Source of the DNA: Lama glama
Lineage: Eukaryota
Reading direction: 5' to 3'
Length of the DNA stretch: 64,000 bases
Assembly: GCA_028534125.1 (NCBI GenBank)
Contig: CM052818.1
Span: 9,178,001-9,242,000, forward strand
Shown in pieces: positions 50,775 to 64,000 of the stretch. How positions within the stretch are numbered: the stretch's first letter is position 1; the number at the start of each line of letters is the position of its first letter. The position numbers were made by a program, and so were the translations under genes. The notes beneath the pieces were generated by a model, which saw only the letters and a program-made list of their open reading frames with translations, was not told the DNA's origin and did no database searches.

Positions 50775-51830
50775 ATGTTATTGAAAATTTTGAACAAATA
50801 GAAATGTAGCAGATTCATATAATGAATTCCCAAGTACCAACTAAGCAGTCTTAATAATGATCAAATCAGAGCCTATCTTGTCTCATTTATAGCCCTACCC
50901 ACTCTCTCCAATAGGATTAACTTGAAGCAAACTCCAGAAACCATACCATTTCATCTATAAATATTTTCCTGTGTATCTCTAAGAGATAGGGATGCTTTTA
51001 AAAGAATAATACTAAACACAGTATAATAAAAAACCCTATAATTCCTTAATATCTTCAAATATCCAGTCATCCAAACAGGATCCAAACAATGTAATGGTTG
51101 ATATATCCTTTAAGCCTTTAAATCTGTAAGTGTTCTTCCATCTCTATTTTTACCCCTTAATAACATTTTGTAGAGGAAATCAGGTCTTCTGTAAAGTCTT
51201 CCAGAGTCTGGACTTTCTTTGTTCATTGCATCCCCATGGTATAATTTAACAAGTTCCTCTGTCCTGTTTATTTCCTGTATATGAGTAGTTGGACATCGAG
51301 GCTTCTAAGACATTTTTATACATTGTGTCGTAACCTTCTATTTAGTTGAAGTGTCAGATAATGTTATGATCAGTCATTGCTAATCATTGCCTAGAACCAT
51401 TCATTTGATTTAAGCTATAAAACTCTGATATTCTAATTCTATCATTTTCTTCACTTACTAGCTGAAATATATCCATAAAAAAATACACTATCTCTCATTA
51501 ACTATTCAGTTATCTATAGGTAAAGTTAATATAGGAAAGGCAGAAAAAATGCTTGATTTTTTCTCTCTATTACCAATTTTAAAAAGAATGAGTTGATTCC
51601 TTATCATCCTCCAGAAGATTAACTATGAGTTTTTATTTCTATTTTCTTAGTATCAGAAGAACTAAGCATTTGATGTGTTTTAATCTACTGTAGTTATTTT
51701 TCTTACACAAATTGTTCCATCTTTGGCCATTGGGAACATCTTCAGGTTGGATCTGCAGCCCGTTTGACATGACCTCAGTAGTCTTTGATAATTTTTTACT
51801 ATCTAGTATAACAATATGTACCCATTTTCT
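50775..51830 (-). mobile_element. L1MC/L1ME 3'UTR fragment
   Basis: gaagcaaactccagaaaccataccatttcatctataaatattt...ttgttccatctttggcca. Confidence 0.8.
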
Positions 51831-51969
51831 AATCTGTTTGCTTTGATATTATTCCATATTTTCCTGCAAATACACCAGTCACTGACTGCACGCTCAGAAA
51901 CTGAGATGTTTCTTATATAAGAACAGAGAGAGGCAGTCCTTGTATCTTTAATAAACTTTGAGTAATTTA

Positions 51970-52640
51970 TATTCATTTACTTACTTAACAAATAGTTACT
52001 AAGAATTGGTAATGTATCAGGCACTAGCACAATTCTCAATCCAGCAGGAAAGACAGACAATAAGTTCTGTAGTTTTATGTCAGTGTGCTATGGTGAAAAG
52101 GACTGTAAAAGAAAAGGAGAGGGTGCAGTGAGAGTATGTAATACCTGGTCTAACATGTTAGGGAAGACTTTCCTGAGAAATTCAGTGAGAAGCCAAAATC
52201 CGGAGAGTGAGTAGGATGATGGTAGCCTGGCAAAGGGGTAGAGACAATAGCATATGCAAAATCTGGAGGTGGAAGATACTTATCACATTCAAGGAACTGA
52301 AAGATCTGCATGAGCTAGACAGTGGGAAAGAAGAGGAGGTATATGATGAAGCTGGAAATGCATGCACAGAGGTCAAATCATACAGGGCTTTGTGGGTCAC
52401 GTTCAGGATTTTATACTTTATCCTAAAAGGGATGGGAAACCACTGAAGGGTTTTAAGAGAGAAACAACACAATCAGATTTTTATGTTTCAATTCTAGCTG
52501 TTGTATGGAGAGTGAATTGGTCACGGCAAGAATGAAAATGGAAATTGGGGGTTATTACAGGTGAAAAATCATAGTGTCTTGGAGTAAGATGACAGTGAAA
52601 ATAGAGGGAAGTAGATAGATTCCAGAGATTTATGGACAAC
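51970..52640 (-). mobile_element. L2 3' region
   Basis: agggaagactttcctgaga...ggattttatactttatcctaa...gggaaaccactgaagggttttaag. Confidence 0.85.
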
Positions 52641-52654
52641 CAAAATCCCAGCTT

Positions 52655-53175
52655 CATGCTCAATGGGGAAACAATGGGAGCATTATTACTAGACTCAGGA
52701 GTAAGACAAGATGTCCACTGTATCCACAGTTATCTAATATTGTTCTAGATGTGTTAGTCAATGCATTTGGACAAGAGGAGGGAATTATTGTTGTCAAAAC
52801 TAGAAAGGAGGCATTATAAAGTATCACTATTTGTAGATATGATTATGTATCTGGAAACCTCAAGAACATACAATGGAAAATCCATGACAAACAAAACAAG
52901 AATGCAATTAATGTATACAAACCAATAACTTTTATGTACACAAATAGCAATCTGTTTGGTAGAGTGGGGGAAAAGACAACCAAAATAGATAAATTCCCAG
53001 GAATAAACTTACTAAGAAATGCACAAGATCTACATGATGAAAACTTTAAAATGTTCTTAAGGAAGACAAAAGAAGAGTTGAACAAATGGAAAGACGAACT
53101 GTGTTCTTGGATAGGAAGTCAGAAGACTCAATCATAAGATATCAATTTTCTCTACATTAATCTATACATTTAGAA
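52655..53175 (+). mobile_element. Old L1 ORF2 fragment
   Basis: ORF 52934-53137 has GINLLRNAQDLHDENFK...ELNKWKD..CSWIG (L1 ORF2). Confidence 0.85.
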
Positions 53176-54294
53176 ACAGATCCAGCTTTGATAACATTGG
53201 CAAATGTAGTTTGGTCACTTAATAGTTGAAAACAGAAGCCAGGAGGTAGTGAGAGGCTGAAATGCAAAAGGCAGGTGGATAATGTTAGCTTAGTGTCTTT
53301 TTTACAGGAGTAGAGATGGAACAGCACTTGCAAAGGTCTGGGGGTTCAAGATACTTGTAACATTCAAGAACAGAAAGACCTGCATGTAGTGGACTGTGGT
53401 AAGAGAGGATGAGAGGGTATGGGAAGAAGCTAGAAGGCTAGTGAGTCCAGAGTTGTGAATAGATGAGGCAGTGGAGACCAGGATGCAGACAACTCTGTCA
53501 GGAAGACTGGATGCTCAGAGGGTGAGGATAGGGGGTTGGCTGGTATTTGCTTCTCCAGGGAAGTATTCAGCCCCAATCTGCCTCCCTCTAAGTAAGAGGG
53601 CAGTTTAGGGATTCTTCACTGCTACCTTCAGGGTAGAGCTGTATGCAAATCAGACCTCATGAATGCCTCCTCAGATCACTGGGCTAAGGGCCTTGGTCCT
53701 GCCTAGCTCCCAGGGTCTCACAGAAAGTCAGTGACTTAGCAATACATTTTTCAGCCCTTCACAGTATATACACTGTTCTTTTCACAAGACATCCTGATGC
53801 TTGAATTAATACTAGCAGGGGATGAGCTCAGCATTGTTTATCCAGGAATTGGACAAGGGCTAGAACCTCTACTCTCTTTAGGCTCCCCTCCCATAGTGAG
53901 CTCTGCTGCACATTGGCCAGAAAACCAGCTTGTCACCGGGTGCAGTCTGCGGTGAGGAATGGAGGAAGGCTAACCTGATATTTGAACAAGCCCTGCCTTC
54001 GTTACCCAGTGTCCTGCCTAAGAGAGTTAATGAATGATGTGGTGTGTAGACCTGGGAAACCTGATTTAACACAACTAACTAATGCCTGATTTCCCAGAGA
54101 ACTAACATCCCAGAGAAGCTTGGGCCCTGGGAGGGTAACTTAAATTCCATTTCCTGGAACAAAGCCTATAGCCAGCCAGTCCTGTTTCCTGAGCTGTCAA
54201 GTAAAACTGTCAGAATCTATTTAAGAAAACCAGGCCAATCTAGCTGTGTTTATTGAGAATAGCCAGATGTGACAAAGAGGAAAAGAGTTTTCAT

Positions 54295-54830
54295 TCCATT
54301 CATTCACAGATATTTATGGAGCGCCTTACCACATGCCAAGGCTTGTTCTAGCTGTTGGGTGTACAGAAGTGGGCTAAGTAGGTGAAAGGCTTGTCCTCAA
54401 AAAGCTTACATTCTAGTGAAGAGAGACAGACAACAAAGATAACAGACGAAGTACGTCTATATTAGAAGGTGGTAAGTACTATAGCTTCAGTTAGTGTAGA
54501 AAAATGTCTGCCTGACATTTTTAGGACACAAATGGGTGCTGGTAGAGAGCATAGATAAGGTGGATATTAATCATTGTACTAGCTATTAGGTAGAGTAGTT
54601 AGTGAAGCACTTTCTGAGAAGGTGACATTTAAGCTGACTCCTGAAAGATGAGGAGCCAGCCTTCTGAAGTGTGAAGGAGAGAGAGAAATGTTACAAAGGC
54701 CTGAGTTAGGCAAGAACTCGAAATGTTCAAAAAACAGAAAGAAGGTGGACTTCTGCAGTGTGCTAAGCTAGGGGAGGACCCCACGCCCAAGGCTGGGGAG
54801 GCAGGCATGCCCTGATAAGGGATGTGGATT
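54295..54830 (-). mobile_element. L2 fragments
   Basis: cattcattcacagatatttatggagcg...ctgagaaggtgacatttaagctgactcctgaaagatgag. Confidence 0.8.
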
Positions 54831-55726
54831 CCCCTAACTCACTGTGCTCATGACAGCACAATTATCTATTCCACTGTTAAGCTGCCCACTCAGAACTCAC
54901 TGACCAACTCAGCTGCCTGGCCTTGGCTTGGAGAGAGGACATCTTAAGTAAGTCCCAAGACTGGCCAAAACAGATGTAATAAAGTCTATGCTCTAAAGCT
55001 GACACACAATAGCCTTCAAGGAGCTTCTGGGATTTTCTCTCAGCTCACTTACTTTCATGTTAAATGCTCTTTCAGTAAATTTTCTTATCTGATTTCCAAG
55101 CCCATAGCAGATTTGAAGGGCAGGGAAGGGCAGCCACTCTGTTCAGCTGACATCCTAATTCAGTGAGTCATTTGGCTTGGAAACCACCTTTCCCTGTGAC
55201 TGACTTCATCCTCTACTGTAAGGACTCCAGAATTCCTCGGACATCCGTACAACACACTAACTGTATCATGATGTAGTAGCAAGAAAACTGATACACATTA
55301 GCCCTGGATGCAAATTCTGATTCCAACATTTGTAATTCCATGTTCCCACTAGATTGTGAAAGATTTAAGGACATTGTGTCTTACTCATCTTTGAATTCAC
55401 TCATAATCCATGCTCCTACTCCAAGCCAAGAATAATGCTAGTCATGTAATAGTGCTTGATAAATTGATCTTGAATGAATAAATGAAAGTATGATCTTGGA
55501 TAAATTACCCTCTCTGATCCTCAGCTGCCTAATCTTTAGAAGGATATAGCATCACCACCTCAAGGACTTGCTTAGAATGTTAAATAACAGTATATGGAGA
55601 AATCACAGTGTACAGTATAACATACAATATACATGCAAGGTGTTTTGCTCATTGGGGCCGAATCAGAAGTGTCCTTCGAAGGGTCAAGGGAACCTTTAGG
55701 CCCTTGTGTCTACGACTTGAAATAGC

Positions 55727-55744
55727 TGCCACTAGATGGCAATG
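55727..55744 (+). promoter_or_regulatory. CTCF core motif
   Basis: tgCCACTAGATGGCAatg fits CCASYAGRKGGCR. Confidence 0.65.
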
Positions 55745-58700
55745 TTTTCATAAAGCACATTGAGTCATTTTTCAGTTTACCTAATGGCCTTCAAACTGAG
55801 GGTTCCCACATCACTGGGAGTACCGAATGCTTTCCAAGAGGGCTCAGTTATGGATAGTTTTGAGGAAATCAGTTTTCCCATCCTCAGCTTCTATGTGTCC
55901 TCTTTCCTAAAACTAACCTGCTTAGGAAAGTACCTGTGTTCACGATAGCCCTTCTCCAACTTTTCAAAAAGAAAGGCACACCCATTATTCCTCCCAAATC
56001 TGATTTTATGGGACCACCAGGTGAATAATATCCTCCAAGGCATCAGTCAAAGGGGAAGTTTCCTTCAGTGATTAACAAGGAACCAGTCTTTCCCTATCCT
56101 TTACATACTTCTGTGAAGAGTGAAATTTGGCTTTAGAAATGGGGTATTTTGTCTCAAGCGGTATGGTCTGAATATAATAGGTGGTACAATGGGGTGGTGG
56201 GATTAAGGCTTCTTCCATCCCCTAAGAATTATCAAAGAAAGCATTTATTTTAAGGAAAAAAGCACATAGAGCAGCATCTATGCTGCTAAATAATAGGTTT
56301 TTACATACTTAAGTATAATTTTTTTACCTATTCTCAGTACTCATCCCAAAGTCATGTCATTAGCAGGAAAGAAGTATGTTGGAATGGCCAAAGTAATTGA
56401 TCATTTTAGGTGTAACTATAATATTTTCTAGGATCACCAAATTTTTTATGACACGCTAGCTAAACAAACCAAGTTTTTATGTGATCTCTTTCAAATTTGC
56501 TGTGTTATTCAGTAAGATAGTTACAAACTATTTTTATCAAATCATAGAATAAAATATTTACTCCAGTTTTAATAAATTCTCATCTTTATTTCATCTTATT
56601 TTACTTAACATTGCCTATTTCTCACTAACATAAATACAATTGTATGTTGCATGCCAGATCAGTTAATTTTTGCAATCTATATCTTTCCATTTCATTAAAT
56701 CATGGGGAAAGTTTTATTGTATTGTCTAATGAAATAATAGTGCTATTTCTGTTTTTATATTTGAGATTTTTTTGTTTACTGTCAAAAGCAGAACCTGACT
56801 TTGAAACAGACTTATGGATACAGCTGACCAAAGAAATATCAGGATTTGTAACATATTCCTTACTTTTATAAATAGTTTATAATTTGGCTATCCATGACAC
56901 TGCATTATTACAAATTAGGTAATGAAGAATAGCATATTGATTTATTACTTTGTTTTCCTAACTTTAAAAAGTGATTAATGAAAAAGATAAATGAATTATA
57001 TTAAATCTACCCTAAATTAATCTTGCCCACTTCTAACCCTTACAACCCTTGAAACAGATTCTATTCTTTCCCCCACAAAAAAGTTAAATAATTTACCCAC
57101 AGCCACAAAAAACAAACAAACAAAAAAAGGGCCTCTGAGTAAGCCAATCTGAATGTCACCATAACCATGTATTTAAACTTAGGCAATTATACTTTGTATA
57201 TTCCAACTTTACACAATAAAATAAGCTTGATCGTCTGGTCTCCAAGCTCACAGCAGAAGAGAAGAAAACTAGAGTAGGGAGCAGAATCTTAAAGGGACAA
57301 ACATTTTGACAGTAGTGAGAAGTGATAGTCAACAACCTAATAGCAAGGAAAAGACACAAGAGCTATGGAAAGCAATCCTCTAGATGAAAACTGGAATCAT
57401 TTTAGTGAAGATGCTCAAAATCCTACCCTATATTGCTCTTTTAAATTAAATTAATATTTAATGTCTATGTTATGACTATGTAAATATTTTTACTGAGTCA
57501 CTTAGTATATACTTATTTAAGCTGGGCAACTTACTGCTTTCCCTGGAGGTAATAATGCCTTATCTTCTCTATTACTTAGTTTTCCAGATACCTATTACTG
57601 ATTAATTCTCAAACTCTGATGTTACTGAAAAGTGCCTTCTAATGTAGTCAAATGCTTCAGGTACATTTTTGCTTGGAGTCATCCTTCTGTAGCCTTGCAT
57701 GCTTCTGCTTCAGTCTGGAGAGTTTCTCTGTATGCCTGAGAATCATCTTTCTTCTTAGAAATTCTCATCACCATTTTCTTGGTTAAACTTGGTTAAAAGT
57801 TCAGCTGACTATAAAATTCTTCAGAATTTTGACGACCTTTCTCAATTGTCTTCTAGATTCCAGTTTTACTCTTGAAAAGTCAGATGCTGTGCTGATTCCC
57901 AATCCATTAGATGTTACCTGTTTTTCTCTATGGAAGCCCCAGGGTTCTGAAGTTTCAGAATGATAGATCTTGCTTTGTTGAGATATAATTTACATATTAT
58001 AAATTATGCCAGTTTTAAAGGTACAATTAGATGAGTTTTGATACATATATAGTCATATAATCTCTATTGCATCATGATAGAAAATATATTTCCAGCTGTC
58101 CAAAAAGATCCCCTTTTTCAATTCATCCTCTACTCCCAACCCCTGGTGTGTGGAAACCACTGGTTGGCTTTTCTAGAATTCCATATAAACAGAATCATAC
58201 AGTATGTTGTCTTCTGTGTCTGGCTTCTTTCCCTTGGCATTAATCCTTTTGAGATTTGTCCATTTTGTTGTGCATATCAGTCGTTTTTTTCCTTTTGTTA
58301 AGTAGTATTTCATTATATCAATTGAACACAATTTCTTTATCCATTCACCAGAAGATGGACACTTGGGGTTTTTCCAAATTTTGACTATTATGAATAAACC
58401 TGCTATTAACATTCATGTACAAATCTTTGTGTGAATCAGTTTTCATTTATCTTGGATAAATACTTAGGAGTGGAATTTCTAGGTCTTAGATAAATGTATG
58501 TTTAACTTTAAGAAACTGCAAACTGTTTCCCAAAGTGGTTATACCATTTTGCATTCCCAGCAGCAATATTTGAGGGTTCCAGATGCTCATCTTCACTGGT
58601 ATTTGATGTTGCGATTTTTTAAGTTTTAGCCATTCTAGTGGGTGTGTGGTGATATCTTAATGTGATTTTAATTTGCGTTTCCCTAATGACCAGTGCTGTT

Positions 58701-58951
58701 GAGTAGCTTTTCTTAAGCATATTTGCCATCTGTATATCTTCCTTGGTAAACTATTCAAACCTTTTACCCACTTTTTATTGGGTTGTTTGTCTTGTTATTA
58801 TAGGATTGTAAGAGTTCTTTATATATATTCTGAATACATGTCCTCTGTTGAATATGTTTCATAAATATTTTCTCCCAGTCCCTGGATTGCATTTTCTTTT
58901 TCTTCAAAGTACCCTTTGAGGAGTAAAAGTTTTTAATTTTGACGAATTCCG

Positions 58952-60120
58952 TGTAATGGATTGAATACTGTTCCCTCCAAATTTATGTCTACCCAGAACC
59001 TCAGAAAGTGATTTTATTTGGAAATAGGATCTTTGCAGATGTAATTAAGGTAAGGATTGAGGTGAGACATACTGGATTAGGGTAGACCATAAACCCAATA
59101 ATACTTTTCCTTGTAAGACCAAAAAGGCACCAGAGACACAGAGAAGAAGGCCATGCAAAGAAAGCAGAGATTGTGATTATGCTGTAAATAGGTTCTGGTA
59201 CAGATTCCAGGGGGATCCTCACACCACCAGTTTTCCCACACCAGCTGGGTATCCTACAATTCAACTCAATTATGACATTACCTACCCAGAGATAGCATCA
59301 GATTCCACTGGTTAAGGGTTAGTTCCACAAGACTGCCTTCCTCTTCAGATGCCAGTCCCCTGTATTTCTGACCAACTGGTTGTGGTTAGGTTCCCATAAC
59401 CCCCTCCTTGAGTTTGATTAATTTGCTAGAGCAGCTCACAGAACTCAGAAAACCTGTTTACTCACTAAATTACCAGTTTATTGCAAAGGATATTAAAGGA
59501 TACAAATCAACAGCCAGATGAAGAGATAACCAGGGTGAGGCCCTGAACAAAGGAGTTTGGGGCCCAGTACAGTGGCATATGGAGGCATTCTGGTTCCCCA
59601 ACATAGAAGCTCTCCTTTTGGGTTTTCATGGAGGCTTTATTACATAGGCATGATTAATTAACTCATTGGCCATTGACAATTGATTGATTTAACCTCCAAC
59701 TGCTCTTCCCTCCCTGGAGGTCAAGCAGGTGGGAATGGATTCAACTTTCTACTCAAGTCTCTGATTCTCCTGGCAACCAGCCCCTACGCTTGGGGATGGT
59801 TCCAAAAGCTGCCTCATTAACATAACAAAAACACCTTTGTCACTCTCCTTACACAGGAAATTCCAAGGGTTTTAGGAGCTCCTTGCCACATGTTTCTTAT
59901 TATAACTCACAGTATCACATGCTGTCACAAGCCAAAGAAAACCAGGAGACACCTGAACTAGAAGAAACAAGGAAAGATTCTCCCTTGGAGACTTCAAAGG
60001 GAGTGTGGCCCAGTCACACCTTAATTTGGGACTTTGGTCCCCAGAAATATGAGGAAACACATTTCTATTGTTTTAAGCCACCTTGTTTGGGGTAAGTTAT
60101 TATAGCAGCCTTAGAAAACT
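58952..60120 (+). mobile_element. MaLR LTR (MLT1B/C-like) split by a nested LTR
   Basis: tgtaatggattgaat...atttggaaataggatctttgcagatgtaattaag; resumes caagccaaagaaaaccagg...ttttaagccacc...tatagcagcc. Confidence 0.88.
59183..59919 (-). mobile_element. MER21-like LTR nested in MLT1
   Basis: caccagctgggtatcctacaattcaactcaatt...gagatagcatcagattcc...ttaatttgctagagcagctcacagaactcag; TG...CA ends. Confidence 0.82.
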
Positions 60121-60659
60121 TAGTCCAATTTATGGATTTTTTTTTAATACTTTGTTCTGTTTAGGAAATTTTTGCCTTATTCAAAGTCACTAAGATCCTC
60201 TTTTTTTTTCCTCTTAAGGTTTTATACTTTTAGCTCTTACATTTAGGTCTACAATCAACTTCACATTGATCTTTTTTATACTGTGAAGTAAGAATTAGGG
60301 TTAATTTTCTTTTTCATGTGGATATCCAATTATTCCAGCATCATTTGTTGAAAAAATTTATCCATTCACCATTGAATTACCTAGGAAACTTGATCAAAAA
60401 TTAATTAGCCATAATTCTGTGGACCTATTTCTGGGCTCCTTATTCTGTTCTGTTGATCATTATTCTACTGATATCATAATGTCTTGATTTCTACAACTTT
60501 ATAAGTTATCTTGAAATGAAAATATTGTACGTCTTCCAATACTGTATTTTTTTTTCCAAAATTGTTTTGGTTTTTCTAGTTCTTTTGAATTTTTATCAAA
60601 ATTTTAGAATCATCTCACCAATTTCTACAATTGGGATTTTGATTGGAATTGCATTGAAT

Positions 60660-60871
60660 CAGTAGTTCTTAACTGAAGCAATTCTGTGCCCATCGGGATA
60701 TTTAGGCAATGTCTGGAGACATTTTTGGTTGTCTCAACTAGGAGGTGCTGCTGGATCTAGTAGGCAGAGATCAGGGATATTGCTAAACATCCTGCAATAC
60801 ACAGGACAGGCTCTTACAATAAAGAAGTATCTGGCCCCAAATGTCAATTGTTCTGCTGCTAAGAAAATTTG
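60660..60871 (+). mobile_element. MER20 hAT-Charlie element with an 8-bp TSD
   Basis: ggcaatgtctggagacatttttggttgtc...ctggccccaaatgtcaa; TSD cattgaat at 60652-60659 and 60872-60879. Confidence 0.92.
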
Positions 60872-61029
60872 CATTGAATATATATGTCATTTTTAGGAGA
60901 AATGACATCTTCAAGATATGACATCTTTAGACCCATAAGCACAGTATTTCTCTCCACTTTAATTTCTCTTAGTGATATTTTGTAGTTTTTGGTATACAAG
61001 TAATGCACATTTTATGTTAAATTTATCAC

Positions 61030-61622
61030 AATCAACCATCACCACTATCTAGTTACAGAACATATTCATTGTCCCCAAATCTGTACCCATTAAACAGTGA
61101 CTCCTCATCTCCCTCCCTCCTGCCTCTGACAACTGTTAATCCACTTTCTGTCTATGAATTTGCCTCTCTGGGTATTTCATATAATGGAATCATGCAATAT
61201 GTGGCTTTTATTTCTGGCCTCTTTCACCTAGCATGTTTTTTTTAACTTCATCCATGTTGTAGTATGTATCAGTACTTTATTCCTTTAATATACACCACAT
61301 TTTGCTTTCTATTCATCAGATGATAGACATTTAGGTTGTTTCTACCTTTTGACTATTGTGAATAGTGCTGCTATGAACATTCATGTATAACTTTTTATTT
61401 GAACACCTGTTTTCAATTCTTTTGAGTATATAGTTGAGTATGAAGTCAGACCCTTATCTGACATCATAGGAAAGGAATTGCTGGGTCACATGGTAATTTT
61501 ATGTTTAACTTTTTGAGGAACTGCCAAACTGTTTTCCACAGTGGCAGCACCATTTTACATTACCATGAGCAATGTACCAAGATCCTATTTTCTCCATATC
61601 CTTGCCAACTCTTGTTAAATTC

Positions 61623-61693
<71 letters not shown>

Positions 61694-62794
61694 TCGTCCT
61701 CTTCCTGGTGGCTGGTGGGTCTGAAGTGGTATCTCATTGGGATTTTGATTTGCATTTGCCTAATAACTACTGATGAACATCTTTTCATACCCCTGTTGGA
61801 CATTTGTATATCTTTTGGGTGGAAATACTTAGTAAAGTCCTTTTCCATTTTTTAAATTGGGTTGTTTGTCCTTTTGTTGTTGAGTTGTAAGAGTTCTTTG
61901 TTTATCCCAGCTACTAGACCATTATCAGATGTATGATTTTAAAATATTTTCTTCCATTCTATAAGTTGCCTTTTCACTCTTTATAGTATACTTTGATGCA
62001 TGAAAATTTTAAATTTTGATGAAGTCCCGTTTATCTATTTTTTCTTTTGTTACTTGTGCTTTCAGTGTCTTATCTAAGAAACCATGGTCAAATCCATACT
62101 CATGAAGATTTAGCCCTGTTTTCTTATAAGGATTTTATAGTTTAGCTCCTATGCTTAGGTCAACGATCCACTTTGAGTTAGTTTTTGTCTATGATGTCAG
62201 GTAAGGGTCCAACTTTATTCTTTTGCATGTGGATATCTAGTTGTCCCACCACAATTTGTTGAAGAGATATTTTTTCTTCATTGACTAGCATTAACACTCT
62301 TGTTGAAAATCAATTGACCATAAATGTATGGGTTTATTTCTGGACTCTCAATTCTATTCCATTGACCTACATGTCTATCCTTATGCCAGTACTACATGGT
62401 TTTGATTACTGTAGCTCTGTATAAGTTTTGAAATTGGAAATTGGTGTAGGAAGTGAGTCCTCCTGCTTTGTTCTTTTTCAAGATTGTTTTGGCTATTCAG
62501 GATCTCTTGCAATTACATATGAATTTAAGAATTAGCTATTTCATTTCTGCAAAAAAATTGCCATTGGGATTTTGTTAGGAATTGTATTGAATCTGTAGAT
62601 TTCTTTGGTTAATACTGCCATCTTAACAATATTAAGTCTTTCAATCCATGAACATAGAATGTCTTTCTATTTATGTATATCTTCTTTAATTTCTCTCAGC
62701 AATATTTTATAGTTTTCAGAGTCTTACACATTTTATATTAAATTTATCACCAGATAGTTCGTTTTGATGCTGTTGTAAATGATATTTTTAAATT

Positions 62795-62845
<51 letters not shown>

Positions 62846-63975
62846 TTTTGCCTTACTGAATTGTCTAGGCCCTCCAGCATAATGTTCAATAAAAATGGCT
62901 ACAGTGGACATCCTTGCCTTTTTCTTGATCTATAGGGGGAAATATTCAATCTTACACTATTAGGCATGATGTTAGCCATAGGTTTATCATAAATGCCCTT
63001 TATCAGATTGGGGAAGTTCCCTTCTATTCCTAGTTTGCTGAGAGTATTTAGCCAAATAGATGTTGGATTTGTCAAATGCTTTTATTCTTATCTATTGAGA
63101 TGATTATATGGTTTTTCTTCTTTAATCTATCAATGCATTGAATTACATATTTGATTTTTGACTATTAAACCTTATATTCCTAGTAGAAATTCCACTTAGT
63201 CATAATATATTATCCAATTTATATACTATTGGATTCAAGTTGCTAATATTTCATGAATGATTTTACATCTATGTTTATGAGGGTTATTGGTCTATAGTTT
63301 TCTTTTCTTGTAATGTCCTTGATGGTTTTAGTGTCAGGGTAATGATAACTTCATAGAACATGTTAAAATATATTCCTTTTCCTTCAATTTTTGGAAAACT
63401 TTATGTAGAATTGGTATTATTTCTTCTTTAAATATTTGGTAGGTTTCTCAGTGAAGCCATCTGGACCAAGCATTTTTTTGTGGGAAGGTTCTTCCAGAAC
63501 AAATCAATTTCTTTTGTAGAGATATTTCCTCTTGAATAAACTTTTGCACTTCGTGTCTTTCAAGGAACATGTCCATTTCATCCAAGTTGTCAAATTTATC
63601 GGCAAAAAGTTATTTATAATATTACTTTATGATCCTTTTAATGTCTATAGGATCTAAAATGATGTTTTCTCTCATTCTTGATCTTGGCAGTTTGTGTCTT
63701 CACTCTTTCTTTTCCTTGATGAATTTGGCCGGAGGTTTGTCAATTTCATTGATCCTCTCAAAGAACCAGGTTTTGATTTCATGATTTTCTCTATTATTTT
63801 GTATTTCATTGATCTCTGCTCTTATCTTTATTATTTCCTTTTTTCTGCATACTTTAGATCTTTATTTATTTCTAATTAATTTTATTTTGGTCAGAGAAAA
63901 CACTTTGTATGACTTGATTCCTTTGAAAAAAGTTTTTGATTCCTTTGAAATTTATTGAGACTTGTCTTATGGCTC
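61030..63975 (-). mobile_element. Second L1M element (3'UTR + long degraded ORF2) with (TTTC)n at ~61622-61695 and (ATTT)n at ~62795-62848
   Basis: Continuous reverse L1 ORF2 motifs, e.g. ttgcatgtggatatc, gggaagttcccttctattcctagtttgctgagag, cagtgaagccatctgg. Confidence 0.92.
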
Positions 63976-64000
63976 AGAAGATAGTTAGAAATATGGTCCA

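Larger units (their letters stand above)
57975..61029 (-). mobile_element. L1MB-type 3' end + ORF2, interrupted by MLT1, a MER21-like LTR and MER20
   Basis: ttgagatataatttacata 3' end; ORF 58173-58412 has IAGLFIIVKIWKNPKCPSSGEWIKK (L1 ORF2). Confidence 0.9.

Noticed and set aside
61006..62750. Matching cacatt..tat.ttaaatttatcac at ~61006 and ~62727 as a long TSD
   Set aside because: Better explained as the same ORF2 position in two tandem L1 copies.
1..64000. CRISPR arrays, operons, rRNA or an intact mobile-element ORF
   Set aside because: Mammalian repeat-rich DNA; no regular repeat-spacer array or long intact ORF is visible.

Overview
Mammalian genomic DNA, most likely camelid (two tRNA-Ala(AGC)-derived Vic-1-like SINEs and artiodactyl/camelid-type L1 3' ends). 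Most of the window is interspersed repeats (L1, L2, MIR, MaLR, ERVL, ERV1, hAT MITEs), with one 500-N assembly gap. I see no intact protein-coding ORF; the supplied ORFs are repeat remnants, low-complexity reads or chance. The main non-repeat signal is a CpG island at ~30.55-31.37 kb. It has GC boxes, a triple IRF-type element and several minus-strand splice donors (30666, 31339, 31787, 33489), with further candidate minus-strand exons at ~24.5 kb and ~4.7 kb. This looks like the 5' end (alternative first or UTR exons plus long introns) of a gene transcribed leftwards out of the window; I cannot name the gene from sequence. Also present: a deleted ERV-L provirus with recognisable RNase H, integrase and dUTPase remnants, an ERV1-like element with a tRNA-Ile primer site and discordant LTRs, a polyadenylated LTR-like retrocopy, a head-to-head L1 pair and a strong CTCF motif. 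I found no convincing novel biological system. Repeat boundaries and subfamily names were read by eye and are approximate.
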